Shown here in pieces: positions 60,748 to 64,000 of a DNA stretch of 64,000 nucleotides. The notes beneath the pieces are model-generated. The model was not told the DNA's origin. It saw only the letters and a program-made list of their open reading frames with translations, and searched no databases. The position numbers and the translations under genes were made by a program. The first letter of the stretch is position 1. Each line of letters starts with the position of its first letter. Origin of the DNA: Podarcis tiliguerta (taxonomy: Eukaryota); assembly GCA_965153285.1 (NCBI GenBank), contig OZ229115.1; one strand, written 5' to 3'.

Positions 60748-62861
60748 CATGCAGTTTCATTCCTATGAGAACTGCATTATTTTGTTGTTTAATTATCAGT
60801 TTATTCAACTACACATGGAGATTCTGAGGGTGGGGGAGCACCATGGTTCCATAAGCACTAAAACAGAGCCACTCTGTCTTCAGAACTATTCAGTACCATT
60901 TAGCCAATGGGTGTTCTTATTCTATTAGGCATCTTCGCTGAAGTACCAAGTTCAAGCTTGCCTAGCCTGTGAAGTGCCAGAGAACACTTAGGTCCCAAAG
61001 AACCTTCTCTGGAAGTTGGGGGGAAGGAATTCGCTTTGTGGGCATGCTACTGCTCCTGCAAGCTAGCTAATATATGGCTTTTGCGAAACTCTACTCAGAA
61101 CGGTGAGAGCAGGGAAGCCGTCACCAGCTGCCCCTGTTTAAGGGGGTCCGATCGGGGAAGAGGCCATTTGGGGCTGCCAGAGCCGGCTACCTTTGAGAAG
61201 GGAAGAGAATAGAAGTGTCGACCCCCATTAGCAGGCTGCTTCACTCCGGATCATTAAATATGTATATCTTATTACACGCCTTGTTAGAGGATCGAGCTCT
61301 ATTGACTGATAATAAATTCCAAGCCTCATCCCAGCCATAAATTTATCTGGAGACGATGAAGACTCAATAATCTAGTCATGCAGATAATATGATAGGGCCT
61401 TAAAAAGATCATTACACTGGATGTCAAAATTAAAAGTGAAATACACTTTATTAACACTGTTTCCACACTCAGGCCCATTACTCGTTCTAGGCCCTATTCC
61501 CGCCCATCCAAACCTGCTGACTGATGATTTGGGGCCAGGCAAAACAAGCCCCCGGCCTCCTGGAACTATGTGAGTGTGCAGCTAGCACAGTGCTTGATTT
61601 CTAAAAAGACAGAAGCCAGGGTTGATGGAAATGATAGTTCTGCTCTGAAAGACTTTACTCCCTGATTCAGATACATTGGGGTGGGGTTAGCTGTGTTTTT
61701 TCAGTAGAAACACAAAGATGTTCTGAACTTGCTCTGTTTATATAAGGTGCATGTTCCAGGACTGAGCCCTGGCTTTGAAAGCATGGTCCACAGCTGATAT
61801 TGGCACATCCTGGCTCAAATTGAGCCTGACTATACCACCCTCACCATTTAGATGGGAACAAGCTGCAGAGCTGGCAAGTCCCATTGAGTGCTAAGAGAAT
61901 CCCAATAGAAAGCACAGCACAAGCCACATTGTTCAAGCTCCACCACCCGAGAACACATCAGCAACTGCGCAAAGTCACAGGTCTGTGAGCTGCAGGCAGC
62001 CCTTGCCAAGGCCACAAACAGAGCAGTATGGCGGGCTCAGAGGCTTCAGGCCACCCAATGCCTTCTACTCCCCAGCTAGCTACCCCTCCAGACATGATTT
62101 CTCGCTTCTAATCAGAAGGTCACAACCATTTAAACCCCTTTGATTAGGGCTGGCGGCTCCTGCTCTTCTTGTATTGGCCCCACTGGCCTCTTTGTGCTCC
62201 TGCCTCCGGATCAATTGTATGTATCAAGTTTAAAGTGGTTCCACCAAGGGCTCACGCACTTCAATTCCACTATACACCCCCCTTTCCCACCTTCCTCTCC
62301 AGACAAACAAGGTGGAGGGCACGCGAATCGATAAGGCAGCACAGATCAGCTGCCAGGAAACCAATCGCAGATCAGATTGAAACTGACTTCTGCTTGTATC
62401 TTACCAGCTCTCTCTACAATAGATTGGCTTGCAAAATCCGATGGAAAAGGAAGACAAAAGGGGGGGGGGGGGATCCGATAATACTCCTTGCCATGGCTGC
62501 TCTAATCTGTGACAGCCTGAGGATTTGCTGAAAACCATTATCACATCACAGGCTCCCTCCTCTCCTCCTCAGATAAAACCCTGGCTAATCTGTTTGTTGC
62601 AAGGACTGAACAAATGCATTTAGCGAAACAAGGAATGGGGATTCCCCACACCCACCTCAGGAAATGTGGGAATTGTGAGCAGGACCTGGTCAGGTTGAGA
62701 AGCCTGTTGCAGGAAGAGACCCTAAGCAGAGACTGGTGGGAGGGAAGCAGAGCAGGTGTATTCTGCTTACCTCTACAAGGCAGTTTGGTTTGCCAGTAAA
62801 TACAGGTGTTAACTGCTGTGAGATTTCTAAAAGTTTTGTCTGGTTCAGGGACACTAGTCAC

Positions 62862-62988
62862 TTAGGGGAAGCTTTTAATGTTTGATGGATTACTGTATTT
62901 TAATGTTTTGCTGGAAACTGCCCAGAGTGGCTGGGGAAGCCCAGCCATATGGGCGGGGAATGAATGAATGAATGAATGAATGAATAAA
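62862..62988 (+). mobile_element. L2 LINE extreme 3' end with (GAAT)7 tail
   Basis: ggaaactgcccagagtggctggggaagcccagccatatgggcgggg, then (gaat)7 at 62958-62985. Confidence 0.8.
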
Positions 62989-63515
62989 GTAATTGACTGT
63001 AATTCCTTGGCTTTGAGAATAATCCTTGATGATTTGCAGTGCTTGCATCACAGCACCCTGGGTTCTTCTTGAGCTCAGATTTTGACCTGAGCCTGGGAAG
63101 AATTCCTCCCTCCCAACCACCCAGCTCCTATTAAGACTGAGCAGGAAATTTCTTTCCCCTCTCCAGTGCCTGGATTGCTGTTTACAACAATGCCAGGATC
63201 CTTAGAATATGCAGTTTTCTCAGGGTAGACAGACACCTTGGAAAAATCTGCCTCAACAGCTGCTGTATCCCATTATCCCAGGCACGGCAGATTGGGGAAA
63301 GGAAAATACAACCCTCCCTCATACTGCCAAAGAGGTGGGGGAAGAGACATGCCACTACAGCAGTAACTATTGCCATGTAAAGAACCTGAGTGGCTACCTT
63401 AGAATGGCCACTGAAAAATAGGAGGATTAGTATACTTAATCTTCTTTGAGTTCCCTTAGTTAAACCTCTTTATGTTTCTGACTACCTGATTTGTATGTAT
63501 AGTTTGACATGGCAG

Positions 63516-63520
<5 letters not shown>

Positions 63521-63556
<36 letters not shown>
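63521..63556. repeat. (GT)18 microsatellite
   Basis: Uninterrupted GT run. Confidence 0.97.
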
Positions 63557-63558
<2 letters not shown>

Positions 63559-64000
63559 TACACATGTTTGTTGAATGCCCTTTAGACAATGTTCCCAGTC
63601 CTTGAGCTCAAGTGTCAGTTCTTCTATGCACTCTGGGAACCAGACACCTAACTTATTTACTCATGTAAGTTGCAGGGCACTGGCTCAAACCATCCCTGGG
63701 ACCTCAATGCCAGTTTGGTATGGTGCTTCTTCTTCCCTCCTGCTGCCAGTTGGCTGCTACAGGCTCTTATTACCTGTACACAGAAAATGCGACAGGAACA
63801 AAGGGACTCTCGGATCTGTCGTTATTGAAAGGGCATGTCATGCAACAGAAGCACTCATGTCTCTTGCACTCTGCCTATAGGTCCATGTTTCTTCTACAAG
63901 TGTGTGCTGTGTGTGTGTGCATGTTGTGGAGGAGATGCCTGGCCTATAAGCTAATAATTCGGAATCCTGCCTGCTCTGTTCTAGCACTGCTTTGCCAGAG

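Noticed and set aside
32091-64000. Penultimate ERI3 exon, snoRNA/miRNA genes or a nested gene
   Set aside because: Searched by eye for the GRPHSGI-coding end and for convincing C/D boxes or non-TE hairpins; none could be supported.
1-64000. CRISPR arrays, operons, prophage or other prokaryotic systems
   Set aside because: The sequence is spliced vertebrate DNA, with no regularly spaced repeat-spacer array and no dense coding.

Overview
Vertebrate genomic DNA, almost certainly a squamate reptile and most likely a lacertid lizard, judged from a Sauria SINE and squamate L2/CR1/hAT repeats. The + strand carries the last seven coding exons of DMAP1 (948-26708). They splice in frame to 1002 nt (333 aa plus stop), running from the SANT domain to the C-terminal RKRRESASSSSSVKKVKKP. 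The - strand carries the terminal coding exon of ERI3 (32090-32008, ...DCKNIANIMKTLAHRGFIFKQTSKPF*) and its 3' UTR, tail-to-tail with DMAP1. From 32091 to the window end appears to be the last ERI3 intron; I could not find the upstream ERI3 exon. The rest is LINE/SINE/MITE debris, microsatellites and a 140-N gap, alternating with repeat-free, CpG-retaining, motif-dense blocks that look like conserved enhancers of a genomic regulatory block. I found no new protein-coding system. The best leads, all inferential, are: a candidate in-frame 24-nt microexon and a candidate 44-nt NMD poison exon in the 12-kb DMAP1 intron; a compact DR1/TCF/Onecut module between the two 3' ends; an excess of AAAGGTCA sites; and an array of enhancer-like blocks in the introns of both genes.
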